This document shows positions 41,100 through 54,755 of a stretch of DNA of 64,000 nt, in pieces (position 1 is the stretch's first letter; each line of letters starts with the position of its first letter). Under the pieces are notes generated by a model. The model did not search any database. It was not told the origin of the DNA and saw nothing but the letters and a program-made list of their open reading frames with translations. Origin of the DNA: Schmidtea polychroa (Eukaryota); assembly GCA_044892525.1 (NCBI GenBank), contig CM097885.1, positions 30,754,001-30,818,000 of the forward strand, given 5' to 3'. The position numbers were made by a program, and so were the translations under genes.

Positions 41100-41900
41100 T
41101 GTGAAACATAATTGCTCGTCTACAAATATGGGAATTTCATATCAATATATTGATAATAAGCAAATTAAAACATTGGAGAATGACAATGACTATCTTAGTC
41201 GAAAATTTTTTCATTAAATACATTATTCGTAGAAAAAGGCTTAAATTATCAGTTAATTGTTTCACGTTGGTGTTTCAACGAAAAACGATTGTTTGATAAA
41301 AATTTGTTGCTGTCCTACAAAATAATTAGATCACTTTGATCTAATGCGGAACTTATCAATTGGTATACATTATGGTATTCATCAATTGGTATTTAGAATG
41401 TCACTGTCGAGCCAATGGATTACATTAACTGCTCCGGGATAGAAATCAATAAAGAAATGTTTCACTTTAGTTTCAATGTTATAAATTGCTCTAGGATCAA
41501 TTGCTACTTATAATTGAGGATTAAATAATAGAAGAACATAATCTAAATTTGACTTTAAATTCAAACTTGAATTAAAGGACTTTGTATATTATTATTAGAC
41601 AAATCTGATAAGCAACATACACCTAGTTATCCTGGGAATCAAAGTTTTGATGAAACGAATCAATCGAATCTTTCAAAGGAGTTCCTATGAAAGTTGCAAT
41701 ATTTTCATTATTATCCTTAAAAATTCTACATAAAATGTTTATCACATTGGGATTTTTATCTCATTGACAATAAATTATTTTCATGAGCTACCTCTTGAAC
41801 ATATTCAGGATCATCCCAACTACTTCACAAATGTCCCTAAAATGATTCGCAATATTTTCTTGATGTTAGGATACTTATTTTGCTGAAATCAAAATAAAAA
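41100..41900 (+). mobile_element. Decayed Gypsy-like RNase H/integrase fragment
   Basis: ARLQIWEFHI...NDYLSR and HTPSYPGNQ...NR-like motifs with frameshifts. Confidence 0.4.
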
Positions 41901-42303
41901 TTCTTTGTTAGATATATGTCCATGTAATATAGAAATTTAAGCTAAATGCATAATGTTGTATATCTATAAGATGCATATTTTACTGCATCAAGACTGTATA
42001 ATATTTCTTTATATAATATAATATCATTTACTTGATATTTGCAAATATTTATTTAAAGCTTATCATTGCACTAGATATACCTCAAAAGAGACAGCGAGGT
42101 TTCAGGTTATGCCTGTTTATTATTATGTTTTTCAATGAATCATTAACAGTGCTATGGGCAATATATTATTTAATTGACAATAGTTCAAGGACATTCCAGA
42201 TTTTATCGTCAATTATTTTCTAATGGTCTTCAATGGGGTCTTTTTCACAAAATTCACATACTTAAGCATCATACTCGATTTAAAAACGGAATTTACTAAT
42301 GTA

Positions 42304-42407
42304 CAGTAATCTTTTTTTACACGATTTTGAAATAACAAGAAGAAATTTTAAATTTTTTTACACGTTATTTTTGATTAAACACGAAATCGTGTAAAAAGAC
42401 TTTACTG
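42304..42407. mobile_element. Tc1/pogo-type mini-MITE
   Basis: TA|CAGTAA..TTTTTACACGATTT ... AAATCGTGTAAAAA..TTACTG|TA. Confidence 0.75.
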
Positions 42408-43069
42408 TATCAAGTAACTAGATGTAACCTATTGTTCTAAGTAATAAAATATCGCGATTAAATTTGTTTTTATATATTACTCGAATTAATGATTGCTTGT
42501 TTTTTAGAAACATATTCATGTAAGAATTTATTATATCGTTCCTGAATTGTTAGTCAGCACATGTTTACTTCTTTGAATTTTATTTAATCCACTTAAAACA
42601 ACTGAAATTTAATTCAATTTCACAGATGTTAAAAACCGAGTCTTTTTTTGTTAGTTCCTGCTGATATCGCCTGTTTTTTCACATTTTATATATTGTGCTC
42701 GTCGAAATACAACTGATATATATTAGTGTTTTATCCACGACAAAAATATGCCCATCATTCATGTTTACGGTTCAAAGTTTGAATACTTATATATAATCCA
42801 AAACTGTCTTCTTGATATTTTCTTGACCTGTGTGGTTGATCCAAAATCACTCGCTTTAAAATCCTTCCCTCTACTTTTAATCATTCAAAAAGTTCTACCC
42901 GATCCCAATGATTAAGTGTTAGTTTTTTTTACAAGAGTTCAGTTTCTTATTTTCTATTCGAGGAAACTAAAACTAACCTCCCTTGCTGTTTTTTATTTTC
43001 AGACAAAAGCTTATAATTTTTAAATTACAGTGTATGATCTTCGCATCAATTATTAATTTAATTAAATCA

Positions 43070-43170
43070 GTAATATATCGATGTTTGTTAATACTCAGAA
43101 TTTTCGGCACTCCCTTTTTCAAGTGAATTTCACTTTTTACTGATTTAAAATCTTCAAGATCTCTTTATAA
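43070..43170 (-). mobile_element. Second, degenerate copy of the Penelope pLTR/hammerhead motif
   Basis: 43073-43130 matches 23515-23571. The adjacent 43140-43170 matches 23481-23511 in inverted orientation. Confidence 0.55.
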
Positions 43171-46100
43171 TAAATTTAATGAAAAAAATAATCAGTTCTT
43201 AAATTCGGGAAAAGTTCTTACAATTATTAATTTATATTTAAATCTACAAAAATTATTTAAAAATATTATTGATGTAATTAAGTGAAAATTGAAATATTGA
43301 TTTTTAAATTTTAAATAATTTGAAAAAAATTAAATCAAAAGAATAAAAGAAATGATGCAATATTTTTATTGGAATAAAGCTAAATTAAAATTTAGAACTC
43401 GATTATTACTAATTTTCATTAAAGGATTTCTTCAATTCACATAAGCTGGTCGAATAAACATCGATGATCCGCGACTTAAGGCATGCTAAGTTATTATATA
43501 ATCACGTATCATCGGAAGTCAGCATATTATAAATTTACCTTTGACTTCAAATATAAATAAGCATCCCAAAAGCCACTCAATGGAATAGCACAAGATAAAC
43601 TAGAAATCAATTATATTGCGTCGCTACAATTATTTTAATGATATTACTTGCTGCCAGAAACCGCCAATGTGGTAGCAATTACATTATATTTATAAGAGAA
43701 TTGAGTAGCCATCATCTAAATGCGCGTTTAATAGTGTAATTAAGGACAACATAAGAATACGTTGGAAATTGTCGGTGTATATTCTTTCATATCATCCGTG
43801 GATTTTGATATAAAGTAATTGTTTATCAGATAGACCAGAGATGCTGCTAACGATAGGGTAAGAAATTCACCGATTAACTTAGACGTTACACCTCTACATG
43901 ATTATACATAGTTATCCGGGTAAGTGAGAACAAGAAATATAATCCTATTTTTAAACGGCAAAACAATGTGTAATCTTTATTTGGTTTTCATTATATTTTC
44001 ATGTTCAACAATTTTCGCGAGGTAGCTGATAATAATCATTTTCATGTACTCAACATTTATCAGGTTTAATTTCAATTCAAAATACACTTACTATAACTGT
44101 TGAATACTCAACAGGATCTTATAAATTATCAAATAGCGTTTGAATCGATTATAGAATGCCGTTATTTCATTTGTCAACAGTTAAATTTAGACACAATATA
44201 ACGCAGGTTTAAATGTAAAATGTCTTCCTAGCTCTGTTATCGATTGTTGCACTTTGCCCAATTCAGTTTTCATTATCGTTTTGGTTTGATGTGATCATAA
44301 AAAAACAAGGAATTTAGATATTAGAATAATCACGCTTATACTCCGATAAAGTTATTATGAGTGCACCGGTGCATGAACTTAGGTACGAGCTATCTCGAAC
44401 TGGACAAACGGTAAATGATATATATGTACAAGCGTGTTAAATTATGAAGATGGATTTAGCACCTAACCGTAACCAAAGGCAAATGGAGTTGATTAATCTC
44501 ATCAATTATGTAATTTGGTCTCAGAGGCGATTATATACAGTGTATAAGCGGGAATTTTTTTCAAAACATAGCTAATGAGTATCAAAAATGAAATGTGCCA
44601 TCAATTATTAGAAATAGTAAATTTAAAATCAAAAATACCAAATATTTATACAAGACAATATATTTAAACTAAGATTTTTATTAATATTATTAATTCAATG
44701 CAGATAAACAAATGATTAACTGAATTAATTATTATTAAAATTCAATAAATAGACATTTTTTATTCACAAAATTTTGTTAGTTTATAAGGCTGGTTAGATA
44801 ATTTAAAATGCTAATAAAATAAAATGAAACCAAATAATAACTAACCAAAAAATAAGTTCTCCCACTTCATATGCTAAAATACCTTTTTTATAAAATGCCC
44901 CGTTTATAGAAGTTATACTGTATATAAATAATCAATTTTAGCACTTGATTATAGGTTTCCCATCTGGCAGCACCCCACTAGATGAAAATTTCATTTATTT
45001 CGATGTGGAAAATTGATCGAAATTTTTCACTGTATTTTTCAAACATCAATCAATAATCAAAATTTAAAGAAAAAATCAAGTATGTATAGATATGTATAGG
45101 TATCAGTCAGGCGTTACACTTACTATCTTAACAAGCAAAGGAGGCTGTGTACAACAAGGCAGAGCATCTCACTATGCTGTAACTGAGCGCGAGTTTCTTG
45201 ACAACTGGTTGATAGGTCGATGAGCACCGATTGAACGGGCACCATGAAAAAGTATATTCCAGAAAACAGTTCAATATCTATGAAATAAGACGAACATGTT
45301 AATAAATGCATAGCAAAAATCCTCTGTGAGACAGTAGGTAGAAAATAGGCTACGAGAATGGAAAAACGCAGAATGCCGGCAATTTGAACAGTTAATAAAT
45401 TGATTAAACATAATGGCAACTGCAATTTATAATAAGTAACAATATAAATAGTTCAGCTAAGTTTCATTTTAAATAACTAATAGCTGAAATTTCCTTATTG
45501 TGCAAAAGAAATTTAATTGAGTGCACATCGATAAAAATAGCAAAGATATGTAAAAATTCCCATATTTCAGGGGTAACAGGTGTTTGCTAATGGCAAGTGA
45601 AGAGACAAATACGAATACAATTATATGAAAATCAATGATGGGCCCCACTGTAAAAATTTTATTTTTTGTATTTTAAAGTTTGTCGGGGAGAAACTTGTAT
45701 AAAAATCAGGGACATTTGAAATTTAGTCGAAGCTAAAATTTGGAATAGATTGATTCAATGAATAGTCGAAGATAAAGGCGAAATTAGAGTTAATGAATCA
45801 AATCAATTAAAGATGTACCAGGAAATGCAGATAAAATTAACAGTATCCTTGCCTATATCATTCGAAATTGCGGTGAAAGTATATAAAATCGATTGTGTTG
45901 GGTGTCATTTTTTAATTTAACTAAAGAGCACACCGAGTCAGGGCGTGGTATCGATTTACGGTAATAACCTATCAGCTTCCCAAGGGAAACTCCTTGATAA
46001 GCCTCAAGAATAAAGCAGATAAACAATGGTAAGGAAGGCATATCATATCAAAACACTATTCAAATGAGATCAATCAGTTAAACGGCTTGTATTACTTAAT

Positions 46101-47667
46101 AACGATTGTAACCTTTTACCAATGTAACCTTAAATAGTGCATTTGTGTTCTTTTATATAGAAATAAATCCGTGATTTAAGTGATAATTTCATTAGACAAA
46201 TAGAAATCAAGTACTAAATTCCAAATTGGATATATTGATTGTATGTTTTATATTGTAAGCCTTTCTCCTATTGATTTTGACAGTTCTAATGCTGAATAAG
46301 TGTTTCATTATATTAACAAATGTCAAATTATGGATTTCTCAATTGAGAACTAGCAATATAAACAATAAGTGTAACATATGAAAAATTTGTAATTCTATCT
46401 GCATTTTTCATAACATGAAGACCAGTTTAAAGAAATCTAATCTGATATTTATTGGTTTTATTTTTGTGAAATAAAAATCGATTATTTGTCATTTTTTTAA
46501 TATTTTATTGATTTTTATGAGGATGAATGTTACAATCACAGAAAGTCTAATTTTGATTTTTGGTCACAATGAAAATAAATGAAATATCAATATATCAATA
46601 TATTATGCGAATGTTGTTAAGTTGGTAGTACAGTACTTGTAGTGTATCAACAGGTTCATGCATGTTCAGTGCCACTTGTAGTGTGGTAGAGGCGTGACTG
46701 TGCAAACATTTTACGTATTATTTCATTAATTCAGTGTTGAAAGGGTTAAAGACCTCACATTAAATAAAACAACATAAAAAATTATAAATTAAAACAACAA
46801 AAATTCAATAAATTTCACAGAAAGTATAATATTTAAAAACGAGGTTAGGAGTATAACTATGTATATAACTGTTGGGCTGAGTCAGAAATTTAAACGTTGA
46901 ACGTCGAAAATGTAAACTTAGGAAATTTAAACTTAGAAGGTAAGACAAATAAGATACTAAAGAAAATAAAAACAAAATAAATAACTTAAGAATAAAACGG
47001 AACAAGAAAAATAAGGATTAGAAAAATGAGAATTTAAACAAAATAATAAAATAAGAAAATAGAAATAGGAAAATAGATCAACCAACAAAAGGAAAGAAAT
47101 TTAATAAATAATGAGGAAGTTAAGGAAATAAATAGAAAAACATAATAAAAACAAAGAAAACAAGGGAAAATAATCATAAAACAGAAAAAATAAATTAAAT
47201 AATTAAAATAAGCGGTACTCAAATCTGATTGGTCCGCATACACGCAAAAATACTATATATACAGACACAAAACCCATTACATTCACTGTTAATTTCAAAA
47301 TTACTACAGGTAAGATTAAGCGAAAAATTATGCACTGTTAATTTCAAAATTACTGCAGAGACAATCAGGACTCAAGAATCAACGAAACCTACTCAACGCA
47401 TTCAACAAGAAATCATAATTCAAGGGAACAGTATCGCACACTACTAAATCAACGTTGCAGAGAGATAACGTATAATTTTCGACTCAGCTCACAAACTTCG
47501 ATTCATTAACTGCAGTAAGACGATTTTCTTCTTTAGATTATTAAGTGTTATAAGTAATTATTTAATGATTAAATTCTTAACTTAAGAAGTTTTTATTCCT
47601 TCATTTGATTTCCCAGTAATGAATGTATTTCTTTATTTATTTATTTCTATTTAAATAGATATTTTGA

Positions 47668-50152
47668 TGTAACACTCATTCGTAAATAAACGATTTATCG
47701 TAGCAATTTATAATTTATGACTATTTTATGAATATAAAATTTATTGAGACACGTGGCGTTGAGATAGATGGCGTTCATGACAAGAGGTGCCTTCGAGAGC
47801 TCTATCGTTGGACGTACATCGTTTCAATCACGCAGCGAGAATGGGCCGTCAGGTGAAGGTTTCTTCACGGGTTCATTCGCTGAGGGCGACCAAACATATG
47901 ATTTGAGTAACAGGAATTTGATCGAAATAGTAATTCAGATTTATAGTAGAATAGCTATGCGATACACAGTGATTGAGGTGGAACTGTTAGAACTGTTTTT
48001 GCAAGGTTAAAAGACGTTGAGTAGTTCTGGAAAAAGGTTGTGAGGATTGAATTTAGATTTCTTAGACCCTACTCAAACTAGGGATTATACTAAAACCTTA
48101 ATAAGTTAATAAATTTTCCTGTATTTACGAATATCATTACAGTATGATAGACTTCTGATGATCGCACAAAGGGCATATTTAGGTGATGATTGTGAAATGC
48201 CAACGGAGGGGGGATGATGGAAAATTTTTCGAAATAAACTTGGACCGATAAATGCGGTAAGAGAATAGGCTTTTTACTAAGTGCGTTTCGTTCAAAATTT
48301 TAACTCAAGTAGGGGGCAAAATAGAATAATTAATAAACTGAGTTAAATCGATTAAGGGGAATAACGAACCAAACTAAAATAAAGATATGGAGGTAGCTTC
48401 TAAGCAGCCATAAGATAATTTCTTTGTAAATTACCTTGGTGCCCGAAAAAGGGGAAATTCAAGGAGTGGATTTAGGTAAGTGACGGATAAACCTCTGATA
48501 ATCGACTATACAGGGAGAGAATTGATCTCATTAACTCATCTTGTCCTTCCTCTTGCCAGGTACCTCACGGCAAATAGACCCTTATAGCTAACTGACGATT
48601 ATACGTATCATTATCTAAATTTTCTTCGTTACAGCCATCCGACATGTTATCACAGAATAAATCAGTACTACGACCCTGCTTCTCCTGCGCAGACAAAAAC
48701 GCAGTGATAAAAGATCTACAAGCCCAGATCGGTTGATACAAGCGGAAAATCGACGAGCTGGAAGGCACATGGTTCAGCCCAGTGCAAATGAAGGAGATGC
48801 AGAAAAAGCTTCATCGTAGCGAACATTGCCGGGACGCTCTAATCTCTGAGAGCCGCTCCCAACGAAGCTTGATTAAAGAGCAATCCGAGGCACTACACAA
48901 GGTGTACGTGCATGCGACAACGACGAGGAAAATTATGCAAATCCCCATCCATGAAGCCGATGATCTGTTCCCGGTGCACCACGACACCTCGGCGAAAACG
49001 TCGTCTCCATTCAAGAGGTCCTGTCGTGAGTGTGTGGAAACTGAACTCTCACCAAGTCGTCAGGATGTTATCGTCATATGGACTAGTAAAGTGCAGCCCA
49101 ATGTCCCACCTACATCGACTCCGCCGCAGGAGAATCGGCCAATCGCGAAACCTAAACGCCGGCAACCCACGAGGACCGAGCGTAAGAGGAGGCAGCGTGA
49201 ACGAGCCTCAGTAGTATCTAATAACCCTTCGGCGGGAGATCCGATCACTACCACTAACTCTCACCTCTCGATTGACTTAACCACCGGAGTCCCAGCGCGG
49301 ATCATCGCAGCCACGGGAGTGACGTGGGAAGAAAATGCCAGTGAATTCTTTGACCTGGACGAGTTACTAAAAGAAACCGAATGGGAAAAATGAACAGCTG
49401 TAGTGAATTATATATTTGTTTTCTCGATCTTTACCTGACGCACTATCTTCTCATTGATTCTCTCCCTGAGGATAGTGATCTGTTTAAATTTGTATAGCTC
49501 AATGTCATAATGTTGCAATAAAATTGTAGTTTTAGTGATTGGGTTTTTATGATAAATAACTAACAACTGTGTAAAGACGAAAGCTTATTGGTTTATTGTG
49601 TCGAGATATATGTGCATTCGTCGTGCCATAAGGAAGATTGACAGCGTACGTAGACTTAAGTCCTTCTATCGGCAGTCGTATGGGGAGAAGGCGAGGCCTC
49701 AGTAAGGAGTAGTTCTAAGGCAGGAGCTCACCTGCTTACTGACGTCTCGTCAGCGTGGTACAGTTCCAACGTGGAGCAATCCACGGGTACCACGTTGTAG
49801 GATAAATTATGTGGGGTCCTACTCGAAGTTGACAAGGGAATAGTGATTTCATGAAATGGGCAATCATCCCTTAGAGCTAAGCGTAAACCAAGGAAGGCCA
49901 ACTGAGTGGTGCCCCAGCATAACTCTGGGTCCGCAACTGCGGGAGGGGGCAGGTAAAGGGGGAAAGCCGGAAACCGAAAACCATTATAATCCTTGTAAAA
50001 TCAATAAATCATGCTGGTAGACAGATTATGTAGAATATTACTATTGACGCGTTGTCGGCGCATATTTTTAGGCTAGTGAGCAGTGACTCAGACTCGAAGG
50101 CAAATTATAATCGCCAGATGACGTCATTACGCTCATTGCCAAGTTGTTGACA
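47668..50152 (-). mobile_element. Putative long solo LTR (~2.5 kb)
   Basis: GC-richer block bounded by TGTAACA...TGTTGACA with 5-bp flanks TTTGA/TTTAA. Minus-strand TATA (47939-47946) and AATAAA (47740-47745) lie near its 3' end. Confidence 0.5.
48644..49393 (+). pseudogene. Unknown CxxC/coiled-coil/basic protein (~249 codons, one in-frame TGA) inside the putative LTR
   Basis: ATG 48644 is in frame with ORF 48782-49393. Upstream acceptor TTTCTTCGTTACAG (48634); AATAAA near 49517. Confidence 0.55.
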
Positions 50153-50605
50153 TTTAATTAAAAAGTTTTATTAAATAAATTAATAAAATAGTTTTGTATG
50201 ATATAAAATATATAATTATTGTCTATCAGATTGTCATTGGCTGTATTAGGGGGACATTTTGAAAATTCTACGTGGGGGCCCGTAACTTGAAGTTACGCCA
50301 TTGTTGGTTACTGTTTTACTGGATTCTGATTAGTTCATTAGGTTATGACTGCAATAGTTCACGTGACATACACAATACAGATTCAATACGCATGAATCCA
50401 TTGCTTATCACATAAATCCAATCTATTAATAGTAACAATCAATTGACATGCTGTTCAAATGCAATAGACATTACTAATTAATAGATTTTCGTATTTTGAG
50501 TACAATAAGCTAAAAATATTTTGAGAAAAATTGATTATTTCATGTCAAAATCGAAACTTTGAAAATCGATAAGCTCTATTATTGACTTATATATATTTTT
50601 TTAAT

Positions 50606-52186
50606 TCAGAGATTGGTGTAAAGACGTTCATTGATCCTGATTGATGAAAAGCATAGTCGAACCATTTTACCAAAAGGAAACTCCCGGTGTAATTGTTAAT
50701 AATGATTACCTATGTATCGGAACGATCTAGTTTGCTAAATAAAACAGAAAATAACCGGTATAATTCGTTTCTCAATCCGTATGAAGTTGCTTGATGAAGA
50801 CATTCTCAAAAATGACGTTTCTCGTGTTAAATTAATATGTCGTATTGATTTATGTGCTATTTAGTATAATAAACGGGTTTAGGTGGGGTAGGCGGGGAAT
50901 TTGGTAGAAATTAACAGTATTTCCTTGGGAACACGGACAAATTGCAAAAATTGAATACATTACATTTAAATATTAATTACGAACTCATAATTTGTTAGTG
51001 GAGATATATTAGATTTATATTTCTCCCCAGGTTGGTTTTATGAACCTCAAATGAGGGAAATGAATTTAAAAACTTAAAATACCCGTAGAATCCTACTAAG
51101 CCTTCCTCTTTGAATATCGTCCTAGCCCATGTTAACATTGAACTATATTATAAACTATTATTTCTAATCTAATAAATTATACAACAAACGATGATCCGAC
51201 TCCGTTTTCTTCCATGATTTCAGCCATTTGGCGAATCATGATTACTGAATAAATACCTCATTAACAAATTATCATTACATGGTCCATTTTACCTTCAAAT
51301 GGATATGATAGCAACACTCCAGACATTTTAGCACCAGCAAGAATAGAAAGCTTTAAATTACAAAATTAAAAGCTAATTTAATAAACTCAATTGAACCTCG
51401 CCGAGATATTCTTTTAAAGGTTTATCGGTATTCAGTAATTTTGTTTTCTTTCCATTTTCTTCGCGAGTTATCTTTTCAAATGACAAAATGTTCAAATGAA
51501 ATAAATATTCAACAAATTTACATGGTCGTAAACAACTTCAGTTACGTAATTGGAAATATTGACAGAACATATTCGAGCAGGTAATCCGATAAAAAATAAT
51601 CCTGTCCAGCCAACTTTTTCAGTAACGCGTTTGCCTTAAAATTAAGAATTCCGTTTATATGTTAATGTAGGTGAATGAACGAAAAATTTGTTTCCAAAAT
51701 TATGAATAACATTTAAGTTGTAGCATACAAAAATTTCGCAGCTTACATTATGATTAATATAATTGGATAAATATTATTCCTGCTGTTGTTCGATTATCCT
51801 TTTCTATTTGTAGTAAACTACTTACAATTTATGAATTAATTATGAATAAGATTAGTAGAAAATAAAATACTAAATGAATTTTAAAATAGTTCTGCTTTAA
51901 TTTAATGAATCACAATATATACTTACAGTAAGTAAATATTGAAGGATATTTCATTACTTTACTTCCGAGTGTTAGTACAGAAGCAAATGAGTGGCCACTA
52001 AAAGGAGGATCTGGTTCATAACCCAACTAAATTTGTCAACCCAGGAAAATAAATAATTAATTAATGAACAAAAAGTTATTTAACCTGCATTAAAATTCTG
52101 CAATGAGAAACTGGATGGTATACTAAGCCAAACCCAATTGGCAAAGCAATATCGAATGCATTTTTAACAAGTGGATTATCAACCAT
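50606..52186 (-). CDS. MTCH2: Mitochondrial carrier homolog (MTCH1/2-like). Clean exons 52186-52085, 52026-51927, 51634-51522, 51471-51397, 51350-51293, 51244-51190, 51142-51083; 3' part disrupted
   Basis: Spliced translation HPVSHCRILMQ-LGYEPDPP...GLFFIGLPARIC...SYPFEVIMIRQMAE...IFKEEGLVGFYG, and C-terminal HREFPFGK, resemble MTCH2. In-frame stops occur below 51045. Confidence 0.85.
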
Positions 52187-52496
52187 TTTATTTAAATAAG
52201 GATAAGTAAGAAGTTTTAATAATGATTATTTTAGTTATTAAAACAATAACAAAACTAATTTGTTATAATCTCAAAACATTGTGATAATTTATAAATATTA
52301 ATTACACAATTTTCACTGCATTTAGGTAAAAATTATAATTCTTATTATTGAAAAAGAATAGGAAAAATTACATAAAAGAAAACTCTTGGTTACATTTTTA
52401 AAATAACTTTTTCAGTTATTTCATTGGTTCGTTTAAATAAGTAAGTATTTCACTGAGCTTTTCAAGTTAGGATTATAGCTTGGTCAGATCAATATT

Positions 52497-53090
52497 ATGC
52501 TGTCACACACCTATGGAAATTGGAATGATTTACCATGTTTTGAATATATAAGTGGTACAAATGACTCAACTGCTGAACTAAATCAAATTGTTAATAAAAT
52601 TATTGATAGAAATACATGTGACAATAACTACTGTGAAACTAAAACTTTAGATAATTATTCATCTTGGAGTACGAAAAGAAATGAAATTGACGAATTAAAT
52701 AATTTCAATGGGGCTTCGTATTTAAATATTAATTATAGATTTAAGAAGAAACATTTCTATTCTTATCGAAAATTTGATGAATCTGCAAAACAAGCAAAAC
52801 TTAATGCACTTGATGATGGATATGATATAATTTTACGATCTTTGCCAGTTCTCTATCCCAATAATATGGGAAATGAGAATATAAAATATCCTAATGTTGA
52901 AATAGCTAAAAAGGAAAAGCCAAGAAAATTGAAAAAACAGAAGTCGAAAAAAGTAACAACTAGTCTTGCGGAGTGTGAGTCATTAGACGACAAAATTACT
53001 CGCATGGTTTTAGACTCTCAAATTCGAAATAAAATTTCGAATAATTATGTACCTGATGACTACATAAAGAGCCTCCATAAACCAATTTGA
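52497..53090 (+). CDS. Hypothetical 197-aa protein, head-to-head with the MTCH-like gene
   Basis: Long ATG-initiated ORF in AT-rich DNA with a 38-nt GT-AG 5'UTR intron at 52441-52478. No recognised domain. Confidence 0.55.
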   Translation: MLSHTYGNWNDLPCFEYISGTNDSTAELNQIVNKIIDRNTCDNNYCETKTLDNYSSWSTKRNEIDELNNFNGASYLNINYRFKKKHFYSYRKFDESAKQAKLNALDDGYDIILRSLPVLYPNNMGNENIKYPNVEIAKKEKPRKLKKQKSKKVTTSLAECESLDDKITRMVLDSQIRNKISNNYVPDDYIKSLHKPI

Positions 53091-53602
53091 ACATGAATCA
53101 TAAGGTAAATTTAAAATTAATTTGAATTTATAAAATATTTTCAGTTAATAATTTGAATAATTTAAATTACTCTGTAGATTTGAAGATTGATTTTATAGTT
53201 AATAGATATTAGTGAATTATTGATAGATTAAATAATATTTGTTTTTGATAAATTACGCGTCATTTATTTTTGAATTCAGTAACATTTTTCAATTATCGTC
53301 CATCATTTATAACGATAATATTTAAAGGACAATTTAAATTATTGTGTATACAATCAATTTCTTTCAAAAGTCGCAGGATGCAATCAATTAAATTAAGAAA
53401 TTGAAACATGGTTATCCTATGTTCAGTTTTCCATCAGTTCCCAGTTTGTCTATTTCAGATAGTATAATTTTAAATAATGTATTTAAGTAGCGCTATAGAA
53501 ATAAATAATCAGTTATTTGACGCTTAAATCAGGCGATTACGGTAATTTGAAAGTAATGTTAAAAGGCGAGTTTCTCGCCGTTTATAGTTAAACGCTTTAG
53601 TG

Positions 53603-53797
53603 CAGTGGTTCTCAAACTTTTTTGATCACGACCCAAATTTTTGACATTTCATGCCAAAAATTTTATTGCGACCCACATGACAAAGATTAAATAAATTTAA
53701 AAGGCTTAAACTTCCAAAATTTATATTTGTAGATCTTTCCATAAGTCATCGCGACCCACCAAAAATTCTTTCGCGACCCATAGTTTGAGAAACACTG
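53603..53797. mobile_element. hAT-Charlie-type MITE
   Basis: TIR CAGTG(G/T)TTCTCAAACT, TSD CTTTAGTG, repeated CGACCCA. Confidence 0.92.
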
Positions 53798-54755
53798 CTT
53801 TAGTGTATTGAATGATTTATTAGGTATATATCAACAGATGGTATTACCTTGGCAAGGATGTGCTTATGACAAAGTTTGGGATGCCAAATGAATGTTACAA
53901 TTGTAATTGTAATTCGTGAGGGTCTTGATGTAAATGTTATGGTTAAAATACAGGGATTGTCCCATATACTTCCTTACTAGTTTGCGTCACCACATAGACC
54001 TCATATCTCTCAATTACAATAGTAGCAGTCGTGTTGATTTTTAATAATATAATGGTAATCAGTTTCTCATATAAATATTGTTGTTTATGTTTTTAGTAAA
54101 ATCTTATTTAAATCAGTCTCTAACTAAATATTTACGTATTTTATTTATAATGATGGTTACAAGGTTTTTAATTTATATAAATACTCAAGACTGTTGCGAA
54201 CTTTTAAAAATTGCAATGGGCTAAAAAAAGAATTTGATAATAAAATTATTTATTATATGATGTAGTAAATTAATTAAATTTAAATGTTATAACTAATCCA
54301 ATTATTATAATTTAGAAGAGTATGTAAACGATATAAATATATTTTAGTTTAACTGTAATTAAAACATTATTATGGTATCAGAACTTGACTTACATTTCTA
54401 GGGGCTACCAAAAAAAATCTAAACTCCCTGGTACCCCCTAATATAGGTCAAGTTTTATTAAAATAAGTTTAAAATTCTTAATTTGTTATTTACTCATAGT
54501 TTCATCGGTACCAAATAGACATTAACATATAAAGAGAAAATAATTTTATGATACTCACAGCATACAAAGTTTAGGAAGATAGTGACTGAAATGACACTAC
54601 AAAGTTTGTCAATCGAGATTTAGCGCGATTATAATCAATAAAAGATTTGCGAGATTGTACAATATGAAATATTGCGAGAGTCCTATCTTAGAATAATCAG
54701 ATCCTCATAAAATTAAAATTAGATTTTCTGACCCTCGGGCTGGTTTCAGGGAAAT

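Noticed and set aside
41100..41900. Integrase-like relic as the Polinton's own integrase
   Set aside because: It lies outside the right TIR and TSD, follows an RNase H-like motif as in Gypsy pol, and is far more decayed.
46730..46750. piggyBac-like end GAAAGGGTTAA (similar at ~16450-16467)
   Set aside because: No matching opposite terminus was found.
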